Part shown: positions 37,504 through 47,178 of the stretch, one piece after another
How the letters are laid out: the number at the start of each line of letters is the position of its first letter
Position numbering within the stretch: the stretch's first letter is position 1
Assembly (NCBI GenBank): GCA_034429995.1
Contig: DAOUEZ010000012.1
Span: forward strand, 15,464-79,463
Direction of reading: 5' to 3'
DNA: 64,000 bases
Origin: Dehalococcoidia bacterium
Lineage (GTDB): Bacteria > Chloroflexota > Dehalococcoidia > SM23-28-2
Translations under genes and position numbers: made by a program
Notes under the pieces: model-generated
Database searches by the model: none
What the model saw: the letters and a program-made list of their open reading frames with translations, nothing else
Told to the model about the DNA's origin: nothing

Positions 37504-38679
37504 ATGCGAACCCTGCTAGTCTTCTTGGCGTTGGTTATCCTGGCGGCACTTGCTGTAGGCGGCTGCAATGGGGGAGGGGAGGTCAGCCCCACGCCCACTG
37601 GCACCGGCACGCCGCTGCCCACTGGTGTGCCCGAGGAAGGGCTAAGGCTGCTGTACAAGGAGTTCGGCAGCGAGGCCGATGTCATCTGGCTGGCGTTGGC
37701 CGCCGAGCCCCAAAGGCGGGCGAAGGTGGCTGAGGTGGAGCACGCCCCCGGCGTTGGCATATCGGCCAGCCTTTCCCCCGACGGCGAGCGTATCGCCTAT
37801 CTGGCGCTGCCCGCTGCTGGCGGAGACCCGGCCCTGGATGCCCAGGCCTGGCTGCTGGACGTGGATAGCGGTAAGATACGCCTGCTGGCCAGCGATCTGG
37901 ACGGGGCCAGCAAGCCCGTTTGGTCGCCCGATGGAAGCTCCATCGTCGTGCGTCGGAACGGGCCCTGGGAGGAGATGGGCCGAACTGCCTCGCTGCTGGG
38001 GCTGGATGTCAGCGACGGCAGTGAGACCGTTATTCTGGAAGAGCAAGAGGTCTTCGAGCTTTTCCCCATCGGTCATTCGCCCGATGGCGTCTCCCTCTAC
38101 TTCGCTCAGGTCGTCCTTAGCGGCACTCACTTCGGCGCTGTGGCCACAGCAGGGGGCAGTCCCCGATTGCTGGTTCAGGCCAGCGACGAGTCGGCCCGCG
38201 ACTGGCATCTCTCCCCCGATGGCTCCCGCGTTACCTTTCTGGCCGGCCAGCCCACGGACGATCGGATAGCTATCCGGGCCTTCGTAGTCGAGCTTGTTGA
38301 GGGTGGAGAGCCGCAACCCCTGTCCCAACTGTCGGAGGGTCTGGATACTGGCGACCATTTCAATCCCCTGTGGCATCCGGATGGGGAGCGCATCACGGTG
38401 GGGCGGCCGCCTGCCGATGGAGCCAGTGCTGCGGCGCTGGTCTCCCTGGTGGGAGGGGAACTGGAGGAGGTCACACCTGGCCCCGATCAGGGCTTTGACG
38501 TGCCGGCAGGCTGGTCGCCCGAGGGCGACTATCTGGCTGTGCGCTCCTTCGAGGGGAGTTCGGCCGCTCAACCCGGCCGGGAGCATCTGGTGATCATCGA
38601 GTTGGGTAAGGGACGGCAGACAGTGGCCGATAAAGGCAACCTGGAATTCATCGGTTGGCTGACCAGTGATTCGCAGTAG
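37504..38679 (+). CDS. TolB-like PD40 beta-propeller lipoprotein
   Basis: Lipobox LAVGGC; repeated WSPDGS/HSPDGV/LSPDGS/WHPDGE/WSPEGD PD40 repeats. Confidence 0.55.
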   Translation: MRTLLVFLALVILAALAVGGCNGGGEVSPTPTGTGTPLPTGVPEEGLRLLYKEFGSEADVIWLALAAEPQRRAKVAEVEHAPGVGISASLSPDGERIAYLALPAAGGDPALDAQAWLLDVDSGKIRLLASDLDGASKPVWSPDGSSIVVRRNGPWEEMGRTASLLGLDVSDGSETVILEEQEVFELFPIGHSPDGVSLYFAQVVLSGTHFGAVATAGGSPRLLVQASDESARDWHLSPDGSRVTFLAGQPTDDRIAIRAFVVELVEGGEPQPLSQLSEGLDTGDHFNPLWHPDGERITVGRPPADGASAAALVSLVGGELEEVTPGPDQGFDVPAGWSPEGDYLAVRSFEGSSAAQPGREHLVIIELGKGRQTVADKGNLEFIGWLTSDSQ

Positions 38680-40330
38680 GCTACGTCTCATAGTTGTTCT
38701 CTCATCGTTGAGCCTGGCCCTTCTGCTGCAGGCCGACGGGCTGCCGCCGTCGGCGCGAGCGGGCGACTTCGATCTGTGCGCCGCGACGGGCAGCCCCATG
38801 GGGCCTTTCGACGTCATCTCCTACGATGCCGAGGACTATCGCACCGTCTATACCCAGACCTTCGAGCTGGCGGCTGTCGATGGCCTCTTCCCCGGCGACC
38901 TCTATTTCGGCTTGCCTCCTTTGGAGACAGGCCCTCGGTTGCCCCGCACTCCGGTGCCACCGACGCCGACGGGGACAGCGACAGGTACGCCTGCAGGCTC
39001 GCCGACGCCGACAGAGACAGCGACAGGTACGCCCACAAGCTCGCCGACGCCGACGGAGACAGCGACCGCCACGCCCACAAGCTCGCCGACGCCGACGGAG
39101 ACAACGACCGGTACGCCCGCAGGCTCGCCGACGCCGACGGAGACAGCGACCGCTACGCCCGCAGGCTCGCCGACGACTACAGGCGCCTCCGCTCCTACCC
39201 TCACCTCCACGCCTTCCCCCACCCCCTCTGCTACCTCTTCGCCGACGCCCTTCCCGCGCGTCGGACCCGGCCTCACCGAGCCCTACATTCCCCCCACTAT
39301 CCTCAAGGCCATCGGCTGGGTCGAGAGCTCGTGGTCCCAGGCGGCCTTCTCAGTCCCCTACGGGGGCATCGGCCCGGCCCTCGTCTCCCGTGACTGCGGC
39401 TATGGCATCATGCAGGTCACCACCGGCATGGAGAACACCACGGGCGAGCCGACGCAGGAGCAACTCATGGTGGCCGCTCACTTTGCGTACAACATCGCCC
39501 GCGGCACACGCATCCTGGTCGACAAATGGAACCTGGCCACCGAACTGCGCCCCATTGTGGCCGACCGCAACCCCCAGGTCATCGAGGACTGGTACTACGC
39601 TATCTGGGGTTACAACGGCTTCGTCTTTGTGAACCACCCTCTTAACCCTCGCTTTCCCGCCTGGCCACGCACCCCTTATAGCTGTGGCCCCTTCGACGAT
39701 GGTTTCGGCCACGACCGCTCTCAGTACCCTTATCAGGAGCTTGTCTTGGGCTGCATGGCTCATCCTCCTGAGCCAGAGGGTAGCCCCCTCTGGCAGGCTC
39801 AGGAGGTCATCCTGCCCGACCTGTCGTACAAGGACTTCGCCGAAGCCTTGAAGCTGGAGAACTTCGCCTGCGACTCTCCCGACTACTGCTACGACGACAT
39901 GGACATGCCGCGGCCCGCCGGCTCCCATGTGGACCCGACGGAAGTGGGCGGTGACCGCTCGGCGATAGTGGGGTCACCGGTACTGGAGGTGAGCACCCTC
40001 AACGTCGAGCTGACTGCCCGCCCCGAGGGCCTGAGCCAATCCGCCGAAGTGACGATCTCCAACCCTGGTACCGGCGTCCTCGTCTGGACGGCCACCCCTT
40101 CGGCTTCCTGGCTTCAGCTATCGGCGAAACAGGGGCTCGCCTTGGGCAAGGATCTGGGCGGCGACACATCTGCCCTGACCATTCAGGCCAACCTGGCAGG
40201 CCTGGCCAAGGGCAGATATGTGGGCACCATAACCCTGGAGGTGCCCTACGCCGGTGGCAACCCCAAGACCATCACGGTGACTGTCAATGTTCGCGCCCAG
40301 TCCTTCGTGCCAGGCATCACCAAGAGCTAG
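38666..40330 (+). CDS. Secreted protein with Thr/Pro-rich 14-aa tandem repeats and lysozyme-like (SLT/transglycosylase-like) domain
   Basis: Signal peptide; (PTPTETATGTPAGS)x5; GWVESSWSQAAF...GYGIMQV resembles SLT catalytic region; GTG start overlapping upstream gene. Confidence 0.5.
   Translation: MIRSRLRLIVVLSSLSLALLLQADGLPPSARAGDFDLCAATGSPMGPFDVISYDAEDYRTVYTQTFELAAVDGLFPGDLYFGLPPLETGPRLPRTPVPPTPTGTATGTPAGSPTPTETATGTPTSSPTPTETATATPTSSPTPTETTTGTPAGSPTPTETATATPAGSPTTTGASAPTLTSTPSPTPSATSSPTPFPRVGPGLTEPYIPPTILKAIGWVESSWSQAAFSVPYGGIGPALVSRDCGYGIMQVTTGMENTTGEPTQEQLMVAAHFAYNIARGTRILVDKWNLATELRPIVADRNPQVIEDWYYAIWGYNGFVFVNHPLNPRFPAWPRTPYSCGPFDDGFGHDRSQYPYQELVLGCMAHPPEPEGSPLWQAQEVILPDLSYKDFAEALKLENFACDSPDYCYDDMDMPRPAGSHVDPTEVGGDRSAIVGSPVLEVSTLNVELTARPEGLSQSAEVTISNPGTGVLVWTATPSASWLQLSAKQGLALGKDLGGDTSALTIQANLAGLAKGRYVGTITLEVPYAGGNPKTITVTVNVRAQSFVPGITKS
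38959..39175 (+). repeat. Coding 42-bp tandem repeat x5 (ccgacgccgacggagacagcgac...gcaggctcg)
   Basis: Direct reading; encodes PTPTETATGTPAGS repeats. Confidence 0.85.
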
Positions 40331-40376
40331 GGAATGCTCTGCGACGTCATGATATACTGAGGCACGGAGGGTTCAG

Positions 40377-40871
40377 ATGCTGGCCAGGATGATCGCTGCC
40401 GTCCGTCGTAATCATGCCCTGGAGCATGCCACCGTATCGATTCTGCTGGGCAGGGAGGGACAGCACATGCGGTTGGTGGGGCGGGCTTCCCTCGACGGCT
40501 TCTACATCTACGGCAACGTCCCGGCCGAGAAGATCGGCGAGTGCGCCGTCGAGGGGCTGGCTCGCCTCAAGCAAGGGGAATCGTATCTGGCCGTATCGCC
40601 TCTTTGCGGCACCAATCTGGCGGTGGCTGGCATCCTGGCCGGGCTGGCCTCTCTGCTGGCTATGGGCAATAGGCGGCGATTCGAGCGTCTGCCCAACGTC
40701 CTCACGGCGGCTGTGCTGGCTGTGGTCAGTGCTCAGCCCCTGGGCCGCCTGATCCAGAAGCACGTCACTACCTCTGCCGACCTCGATGGGCTGGAGATCG
40801 TGAGCGTGACCCCTGTGGGAAGGGGCCTGATCCCTTTGCACAAGGTGAAGACGGTCTATCGGGGGGCGTAG
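40377..40871 (+). CDS. Conserved hypothetical protein (Cys/His-containing, partly hydrophobic)
   Basis: 164-aa ORF with good coding periodicity; no family recognised from sequence alone. Confidence 0.4.
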   Translation: MLARMIAAVRRNHALEHATVSILLGREGQHMRLVGRASLDGFYIYGNVPAEKIGECAVEGLARLKQGESYLAVSPLCGTNLAVAGILAGLASLLAMGNRRRFERLPNVLTAAVLAVVSAQPLGRLIQKHVTTSADLDGLEIVSVTPVGRGLIPLHKVKTVYRGA

Positions 40872-40955
40872 GCGGCAGGCCTGGTCAGCGCCGTCCAAGT
40901 TGACGATGACAAAGGGCGGTTGCTACATTGAAGGGGGCTTGCCTAGCGGCAGGCC

Positions 40956-41035
40956 GGTGCCCCCGTAGCTCAAGCGGACAGAGCGGCTGCCTTCTAAGCA
41001 GTTGGTTGCAGGTTCGAGTCCTGCCGGGGGCACCA
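40956..41035 (+). tRNA. tRNA-Arg (anticodon TCT)
   Basis: Cloverleaf: acceptor GGTGCCC/GGGCACC, anticodon stem GCTGC/GCAGT with loop CTTCTAA, T-arm GCAGG-TTCGAGT-CCTGC; CCA not encoded. Confidence 0.8.
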
Positions 41036-41123
41036 GCGTTTCGTTCTCCTCGAAGAGGGAAACTACTGGCAGGCTGAACAGCCGGGGCTTCTTTTCGCTA
41101 GGGGTCTCGGGAGAGGTAGGTTT

Positions 41124-42716
41124 ATGCAATCGAAGCAAGCGATCGAAGAAGCATTGGGAAGAAGGCTGCTTCTGGGGGAGCTAGTCGCTCGCAACGCCCG
41201 CAAGTTTCCCGACAGGGAGGCCGTTGTCTACGGGGATACACGCCTGACCTATGGTGAGTTTAACGCCCGCGTCAATCGCCTGGCTCACGCCCTCATGGAT
41301 ATGGGAATCAAGAAAGGGGAGAAGGTGGCCATCCTTCTCTTCAACTGCAACCAGTACCTGGAGGCCTACTTCGCCCTGGCCAAAATGGGCGCAATAGCCG
41401 TTCCCGTGAACTTTCGCCTCCACCCTGAGGAGTTCAGGTATATCGTCAACAATGCCGATGCCGTGGCTTTCGTCCTGGGGGAGACCTTCGTTGGCACCAT
41501 CAAGGGGATTCAGAAGGGCCTCCCCCAGGTCAAACAGTACATCTCGGTGACTGAGAAGCCGGTGGAAGGGATGCTTCATTTTGAGACCCTCCTCCACGAG
41601 TACCCTGACGATGAACCGCTTGTCCTGCTGGAGGAGGACGACCCCGTTTTCATCATGTACACCGCCGGAACCACCGGCAGGCCCAAGGGAGCCGTCCTTA
41701 CCCATAAGGGTCAGGTTGTGGTCTGGACTCTGGCCACCCTTGAGGTTAGCCGCGAACCCGATCTCGGTGACATGTCGCTCTGGCGAGCTTGCGCTGTCCC
41801 TCCCATCTTTCACATAGCCTCCTTTGGCATCTGCCTGGCCTATCTCCTTCTTGGGGCGACGGTCATCTTGCCCACCCAGGTCTTCAATCCGGTGGAGGTC
41901 ATGCAACTGCTGGAGCAGGAGAAGTGCAACTCGGTTCTCCTGATTCCCGCCATGGGCAACTTCCTGCTGCAGATGCCCAACCTGGACAAGTACGACACAA
42001 GTTCTCTGAAGGCTTGGTTCTCAGGAGCGGCTATCCTGCCCACCGAGCTGCGAAAACGGATCATGGAAGCCTTCCCCCAGGTGAAGATCTTCGACTGCTT
42101 TGGACAGACGGAAACGAATGCGCTGGTCTCTATCCTGAGGCATTCGGATGCGGAGCGAAAGGTGGCCTCGGTGGGCAGAGGCCTTCCCTTCATCGAGATC
42201 CGGGTGGTGGACGAGGAGGACAGGGATGTGCCAGTGGGCGAGGTGGGCGAAGCCATCTATCGCAGCCCCGCCATCATGAAGGAATACTACAATGACCCAG
42301 AGGCGACGGCCGCGGCCTTCAGGGGTGGTTGGTTCCACTCAGGTGACGCCGTCCGCCAGGATGAGGAAGGCTTCTTCTACGTTGTGGATCGCAAGACGGA
42401 CATGATCGTCAGCGGCGGGGAGAATATCTATCCGGCGGAGATCGAGGAGGTCCTCTACAAGCACCCCAAGATCCTGGAGGCGGCGGTCATCGGCGTCCAC
42501 GATGAGCAATGGGGCGAGAGCGTCAAGGCCATCGTGGTTACCAAGCCGGGGGAAACGCTGACCGAGGAGGAGGTTATCGAGTTCTGCAAGGGGCACCTGG
42601 CCAGCTACAAGAAGCCCAGGTCGGTCGATTTCATCGATGCCCTCCCCCGCAATCCGGCCATGAAAGTTCTGAAGACGGTGCTGCGGGAGAGATACGGCAA
42701 GGCGGTAAAGTACTAG
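41124..42716 (+). CDS. Long-chain fatty-acid--CoA ligase / AMP-dependent synthetase
   Basis: AMP-binding motif YTAGTTGRPKGAVLTH, GEIxxRSPAIMKEYYN, ...DRKTDMIVSGGENIYPAEIE. Confidence 0.85.
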   Translation: MQSKQAIEEALGRRLLLGELVARNARKFPDREAVVYGDTRLTYGEFNARVNRLAHALMDMGIKKGEKVAILLFNCNQYLEAYFALAKMGAIAVPVNFRLHPEEFRYIVNNADAVAFVLGETFVGTIKGIQKGLPQVKQYISVTEKPVEGMLHFETLLHEYPDDEPLVLLEEDDPVFIMYTAGTTGRPKGAVLTHKGQVVVWTLATLEVSREPDLGDMSLWRACAVPPIFHIASFGICLAYLLLGATVILPTQVFNPVEVMQLLEQEKCNSVLLIPAMGNFLLQMPNLDKYDTSSLKAWFSGAAILPTELRKRIMEAFPQVKIFDCFGQTETNALVSILRHSDAERKVASVGRGLPFIEIRVVDEEDRDVPVGEVGEAIYRSPAIMKEYYNDPEATAAAFRGGWFHSGDAVRQDEEGFFYVVDRKTDMIVSGGENIYPAEIEEVLYKHPKILEAAVIGVHDEQWGESVKAIVVTKPGETLTEEEVIEFCKGHLASYKKPRSVDFIDALPRNPAMKVLKTVLRERYGKAVKY

Positions 42717-42998
42717 AATCCGCGGACTCGGACGCGGCCGAGTGGAAGCCAAGCACTTCCAGGCTGAGGCCACCGAGCGTATCAAGGGCTTGAGGCGTGC
42801 ACTCTCTGGTGGCGCTGGCGGTACACTTGTTGGCAGGTGCTCTGCCCCTCAGAGCGGCTATTTCCTCCTTGGCGTGGAAGCCTAAGCGGCAATAGAGGCT
42901 GAAGGAGACCAGGTTGTAGGCTGCCTGCAACAGCCACAGCGGGTTGCCGCCATCCCTGATTCTCGGGAAGAATTTTCCCCAAGCGGCAGCGAAAGCGT

Positions 42999-43058
42999 TT
43001 GACACAAAATCCACAATTGGTATAATTGAGGTGGATGACTTAGGTTAGCCTATGCTCT
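42999..43058 (+). promoter_or_regulatory. Sigma70-type promoter (TTGACA-16-TATAAT) with overlapping DtxR/IdeR iron-box-like operator (TTAGGTTAGCCTATGCTCT)
   Basis: Perfect -35 and -10 hexamers at 42999-43004 and 43021-43026; left half of 19-bp iron-box consensus TTAGGTTAGCCTAACCTAA at 43040-43058; 20 bp upstream of dtxR-family gene. Confidence 0.45.
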
Positions 43059-43075
43059 TTGGGTAGGGATGCCTA

Positions 43076-43765
43076 ATGCTCGACGAACGCGCCGAGATGT
43101 ACTTGAAGGCCGTGGCTGAGTTGGGTGAGGAGGGAGAGGAAGCTACCACCTCCTCTATTGCCCGCCGTCTGGATGTGTCCCAACCCTCCGTGACGGAGAT
43201 GCTCCAGCGCCTGTCGGCCAAGGGCCTCGTCTCCCACAAGCCGCGCGGGCCGGTGCGACTGACCAAGCAGGGAGAGCGTCTGGCCACCTCCCTCATTCGA
43301 CGCCACCGCCTTTGGGAGAACTTCCTGGTCCGCTTTCTGGGATTCTCCTGGGAGGAGGTGCATGACGAAGCGTGCAAGCTGGAGCACGGTACCTCCCCGG
43401 CCCTCGAGGAGCGTCTGGCGGAGCTAATGAGCGACCTGGAGGCCTGTCCCCATGGTCACACCATTCCTGGCAGGAAGGGTCGAGCCAGAGAGGAGCGGGC
43501 GACGCCTCTGAGCGAGTTCCCCGCTCGTGAGCGTGCCCGCGTAGTGCGCATCCAAGATGAGAGGGCAGAATTCCTTCAGCGTCTTGCTCGCTTGGACATC
43601 AGCCCTGGGTGCATACTGGACACCGAGGGCACAAGCGCCAGAGATGGTTCGGCGCAGGTGCGAGTGGACGGGCGGCCGGTGGAGTTGGCGGCGGACCTGG
43701 CCAAGAATGTGATGGTGAAACCGGTGGAGAAGGACGGGGCGGAAGAAGATCAGCCCCGGAGATGA
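43076..43765 (+). CDS. DtxR/IdeR/MntR-family metal-dependent transcriptional repressor with C-terminal FeoA/SH3-like domain
   Basis: N-terminal HTH (SIARRLDVSQPSVTEMLQRL), metal-site residues region (HRLWENFLVRFLGFSWEEVHDEACKLEH), C-terminal SH3-like domain. Confidence 0.8.
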   Translation: MLDERAEMYLKAVAELGEEGEEATTSSIARRLDVSQPSVTEMLQRLSAKGLVSHKPRGPVRLTKQGERLATSLIRRHRLWENFLVRFLGFSWEEVHDEACKLEHGTSPALEERLAELMSDLEACPHGHTIPGRKGRAREERATPLSEFPARERARVVRIQDERAEFLQRLARLDISPGCILDTEGTSARDGSAQVRVDGRPVELAADLAKNVMVKPVEKDGAEEDQPRR

Positions 43766-43769
43766 TGGA

Positions 43770-44003
43770 ATGACACGGTACGCCCTGAGCGAACTCAAGC
43801 CCAAGGAAAGGGGCACCATCGTCAAAGTGGGCGGCGACGGACCTGTTCACCGCCGCATTCTGGACATGGGTGTGGTCCCCGGCACCGAGGTCGAGGTAGT
43901 GAAGGTAGCCCCCCTAGGTGACCCGGTGGACCTCTTGATCAGGGGCTACCATCTCTCCCTGCGCAAGGATGAGGCCAGGGAGATCCTAGTAGAGAAGATG
44001 TGA
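43770..44003 (+). CDS. feoA: Ferrous iron transport protein A
   Basis: 77-aa SH3-like FeoA (LSELKPKERGTIVKV...RRILDMGVVPGTEVEVV). Confidence 0.8.
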   Translation: MTRYALSELKPKERGTIVKVGGDGPVHRRILDMGVVPGTEVEVVKVAPLGDPVDLLIRGYHLSLRKDEAREILVEKM

Positions 44004-44350
44004 ATGCCTTGATACCTCTTTCGATGGTGAGCCCCGGAGAGGAAGTGCGCCTGGTGGCGATTCAGGGAGGATGGGGCGTACGGCGCCGGTTGGCCGACAT
44101 GGGACTGACCCCCGGCGAAAAGCTGTGGGTAGTCCAGTCGGGCCCGTCGGGGCCGCTGGTCATCGCCGTGCGCGATTCTCGCCTGGCCCTGGGACGGGGC
44201 ATGGCTCACAGGATCATGGTGGAACCTTTGCAGGAAGGAGTCAAAAGACCTCATGGCCGAAGAATTCACCATCGCCCTGGCTGGCAATCCCAACTCCGGC
44301 AAGAGCACCATCTTCAACAGCCTCACAGGCGGCCGCCAGCACGTGGGTAA
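44000..44350 (+). CDS. feoA: Ferrous iron transport protein A (second copy; ORF reads on into feoB)
   Basis: [39 protein letters not shown] FeoA fold; C-terminal 30 codons overlap feoB G-domain start. Confidence 0.6.
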   Translation: MNALIPLSMVSPGEEVRLVAIQGGWGVRRRLADMGLTPGEKLWVVQSGPSGPLVIAVRDSRLALGRGMAHRIMVEPLQEGVKRPHGRRIHHRPGWQSQLRQEHHLQQPHRRPPARG

Positions 44351-44795
44351 CTGGCCGGGAAAGACGGTGGAGAAGAAGGAGGGCATCTGGCGCCATGATG
44401 GGCGTGACATCAAGGTGGTCGACCTGCCTGGAACCTATAGCCTCACTGCCTACTCCCTGGAGGAGGTCATCGCCCGCGACTACATAGTCGACGAGCGGCC
44501 GGAGGTGGTGGTGGCCGTGGTGGATGCCGCCAACCTGGAGCGCAACCTCTATCTGGCGGTGCAGGTCCTGGAGCTGGGCGCCCATCTGCTGATCGCCCTC
44601 AACATGAGCGACATGGCCGACGCCCGTGGTTACAAGATCGACGTCGCCAAGCTGTCCGAAGGTCTGGGTGGGATCCCTGTGGTGCCTACGGTCGGCAACC
44701 GAGGCCAGGGCATAGAGGAGCTGAAGGAGAAGATCATTCAAGCGGCGAGCTCTCAGCCAAGAAGAAAGGCAGCCGCAGCCAAAGACAGAGGGTGA
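44253..44795 (+). CDS. feoB: Ferrous iron transporter FeoB, N-terminal GTPase (G) domain encoded as separate ORF
   Basis: G1 [10 protein letters not shown]3 DLPG, G4 NMSD; stop codon after G domain. Confidence 0.7.
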   Translation: MAEEFTIALAGNPNSGKSTIFNSLTGGRQHVGNWPGKTVEKKEGIWRHDGRDIKVVDLPGTYSLTAYSLEEVIARDYIVDERPEVVVAVVDAANLERNLYLAVQVLELGAHLLIALNMSDMADARGYKIDVAKLSEGLGGIPVVPTVGNRGQGIEELKEKIIQAASSQPRRKAAAAKDRG

Positions 44796-44823
44796 TCAGC
44801 CCTCCTAGAAAGAGATCGCTGCA

Positions 44824-46518
44824 GTGACAACCCACGACATGACCTACCCCCGCAAGGGGCAGCCGCTAGTGGACTACGGCCGCGAGGTAGAGACGGAGAT
44901 CGCCAAGCTCTACGACCTCATCGAGGCGGAGACTATCCGTGTCGACCACTACCCACCCCGCTGGCTGGCGATAAAGCTCCTGGAAGAGGACGCAGACATC
45001 GGTGAGAGGGTGGCCGCCGCCCGCGGCGGTGCCAAGCTTCTGCAAGCGGCCGACGAGAGCATCTCTCACCTGCGCACCATCTACGGCGAGGACGCCGATA
45101 CGGTCATTGCCGACCGCAGGTACGGTTTCATCACTGGCTTGCTCAAGGAGGTGATGGAGCGGCCGGCGGTAACTCGTCGCGTCCTGTCCGACAGAATAGA
45201 TGCCGTCGTTACCCACCGGCTCCTGGGCATCCCCATCTTTGTGGCCATGATGTGGCTAATGTTCAAGCTGGTCACTGACATTGCTGCACCCTACATGGAC
45301 TGGTTCGACGACGTCATCACTGGACCGTTTTCCCACTGGACAGAGCGCTTTCTCAACCTCGTCAATTCACCCGACTGGCTGGTGGCCTTGGCCCTCGACG
45401 GGATAATCGCCGGCGTGGGTGGCGTCATGGTGTTCATACCCCTGCTATTGTTCCTGTACTTCTTCATCGCACTGCTGGAGGACAGCGGCTACCTGGCGCG
45501 GGCGGCCTTTGTCATGGACCGGGTGATGCATCGCCTGGGTTTGCACGGCAAGTCATTCATCCCCATGCTGATTGGTTTCGGCTGCACCGTGCCCGCCATC
45601 TATGCCACCCGCACCCTGGAAAGCCGCAGAGACCGCCTCCTGACGGCGCTACTGTGCCCCTTCATGTCCTGCGCTGCCCGCCTGCCGGTCTACGTTCTGT
45701 TCGCCGCTGCCCTGTTTGCCACCCACCAGGACATCGTTCTCATCTCCATGTACCTCATCGGAATCGCTGTGGCCATTCTGACAGGCATTGTGTTCAGGTA
45801 CACACTCTTCCGGGGCAAGCCCACGGCGCCCTTTGTCATGGAGCTGCCGCCCTACCGGCTGCCCACTCTCAGAGGGCTCGCCACCCACATGTGGGAGCGA
45901 AGCAGCGCTTTCATCCGCAAGGCAGGCGTCTATATCTTCGCCGCCGCTGTTGTCATCTGGTTCCTGCTCAACATGCCTTGGGGTGTGGATGACCAGCGGG
46001 ATAGCTGGTTCGGCCACACCGGCTCTACCATCGGCCATGTATTCGAGCCGACCGGTTTCGGCGATTGGGAGGCCTCGGGAGCTCTGGTCACCGGCTTCAT
46101 CGCCAAAGAGGTGGTGGTGGGCACCATGAGCGAGATCTATGTCGGCGGGGCGGAGGAAGAGGAGGGGGAAGAATTCCCTTCCACCCCAGAAGAGGTGGGA
46201 GATATCTTCGAGGGGGGCGCCAGGGCGGTGCGTGATTCGGTCAAGAATATGCCAGCCCTGATGCCCGGTGCCTTCGAGACGGCCCCAGAGGAGGAAACCG
46301 AGTTACAGGGTGCCCTGAAACCCGTCTTCAGCGAGCGAGCTGCCGTTGCCTTCCTCATCTTCGTTCTCCTCTACGTACCCTGCGTGGCAGCCCTGGCGGC
46401 ATTTGGTCAGGAGTTTGGCTGGAGGTGGGCGGGATTCGCTGCCGTTTTCTATACGTCCGTCGCCTGGGTCGCCGCCTTTGTTGTCTACCAGGGGGCCGGA
46501 CTGTTGGGCCTTGGCTAG
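44824..46518 (+). CDS. feoB: Ferrous iron transporter FeoB, GDI-like/spacer plus membrane permease portion (separate frame from G domain)
   Basis: FeoB gate-motif-like region and about 8 TM helices; begins 29 nt after G-domain ORF stop in a different frame. Confidence 0.7.
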   Translation: MTTHDMTYPRKGQPLVDYGREVETEIAKLYDLIEAETIRVDHYPPRWLAIKLLEEDADIGERVAAARGGAKLLQAADESISHLRTIYGEDADTVIADRRYGFITGLLKEVMERPAVTRRVLSDRIDAVVTHRLLGIPIFVAMMWLMFKLVTDIAAPYMDWFDDVITGPFSHWTERFLNLVNSPDWLVALALDGIIAGVGGVMVFIPLLLFLYFFIALLEDSGYLARAAFVMDRVMHRLGLHGKSFIPMLIGFGCTVPAIYATRTLESRRDRLLTALLCPFMSCAARLPVYVLFAAALFATHQDIVLISMYLIGIAVAILTGIVFRYTLFRGKPTAPFVMELPPYRLPTLRGLATHMWERSSAFIRKAGVYIFAAAVVIWFLLNMPWGVDDQRDSWFGHTGSTIGHVFEPTGFGDWEASGALVTGFIAKEVVVGTMSEIYVGGAEEEEGEEFPSTPEEVGDIFEGGARAVRDSVKNMPALMPGAFETAPEEETELQGALKPVFSERAAVAFLIFVLLYVPCVAALAAFGQEFGWRWAGFAAVFYTSVAWVAAFVVYQGAGLLGLG

Positions 46519-46537
46519 CATCGGAGCGGGCTGAGAG

Positions 46538-46783
46538 ATGCTTTCGCAGATTCTCCAGGAGCTAGGGAGAGCCGACGGGGTCGTTGATCTGAATGAGCTG
46601 AGCCGGCGCCTGGGCGTGCAGCGCAGCGCCCTGGAGGGCATGATCGAGACGCTGGTGCGCAAGGGGCGCCTGCGACAGGTAGAAGTGGGAGAGCCCCCTC
46701 CTATGTGCGCCAGTTGCGCCAAGCGGAACGGCTGCACCCTTGTGAGCATCGGCAAGGCCTACGAGGTGGTCAGGCAGGAGTGA
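46538..46783 (+). CDS. feoC: FeoC-like winged-helix transcriptional regulator
   Basis: 81 aa, wHTH with Cys cluster CASCAKRNGC; immediately downstream of feoB. Confidence 0.5.
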   Translation: MLSQILQELGRADGVVDLNELSRRLGVQRSALEGMIETLVRKGRLRQVEVGEPPPMCASCAKRNGCTLVSIGKAYEVVRQE

Positions 46784-47017
46784 TGGGAGCGAGGGCCTAT
46801 AATTCGCGCTCATTGTGCACCGTCACGCCCCAATTGTCGGCCCCTTTCCTAATTGGAGGCGATGCCACGTTTGCGCCAAAAATCTCGGGTCATCTCTCCC
46901 CGGTTTCCTCGCTCTAGTATACGCTGTAGCAGCTTGGCTTTCCTTGACCGTATCTGGGCAAACGTGATACACTCCAGGCGCTGGCATTGCAACGATGCCG
47001 GCATTTCCACGTCTTGT

Positions 47018-47094
47018 GGTGGGCGTAGCGTAGCGGTTAACGCGCCAGGTTGTGGCCCTGGAGATCGAGGGTTCAAATCCCTCCGTCCACCCCA
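47018..47094 (+). tRNA. tRNA-His (anticodon GTG) with extra 5' G(-1) and encoded CCA
   Basis: Acceptor GTGGGCG/CGTCCAC, anticodon stem CCAGG/CCTGG loop TTGTGGC, T-loop TTCAAAT; G-1 opposite discriminator C. Confidence 0.8.
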
Positions 47095-47178
47095 GTTTCT
47101 TGCCCGCTCTCCCTCGACCTGCTAACCTGAAGGTGCTGTCGCCTGCTGTGCTCTTTGTAGAAGTCCGGTGGTGACGAA

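Noticed and set aside
44824-44830. One-base coordinate discrepancy when hand-counting the printed sequence near the feoB junction
   Set aside because: My manual indexing disagreed by 1 nt with the ORF track around 44795/44824. I trusted the computed ORF coordinates. Base-level positions of features near here may be off by one.
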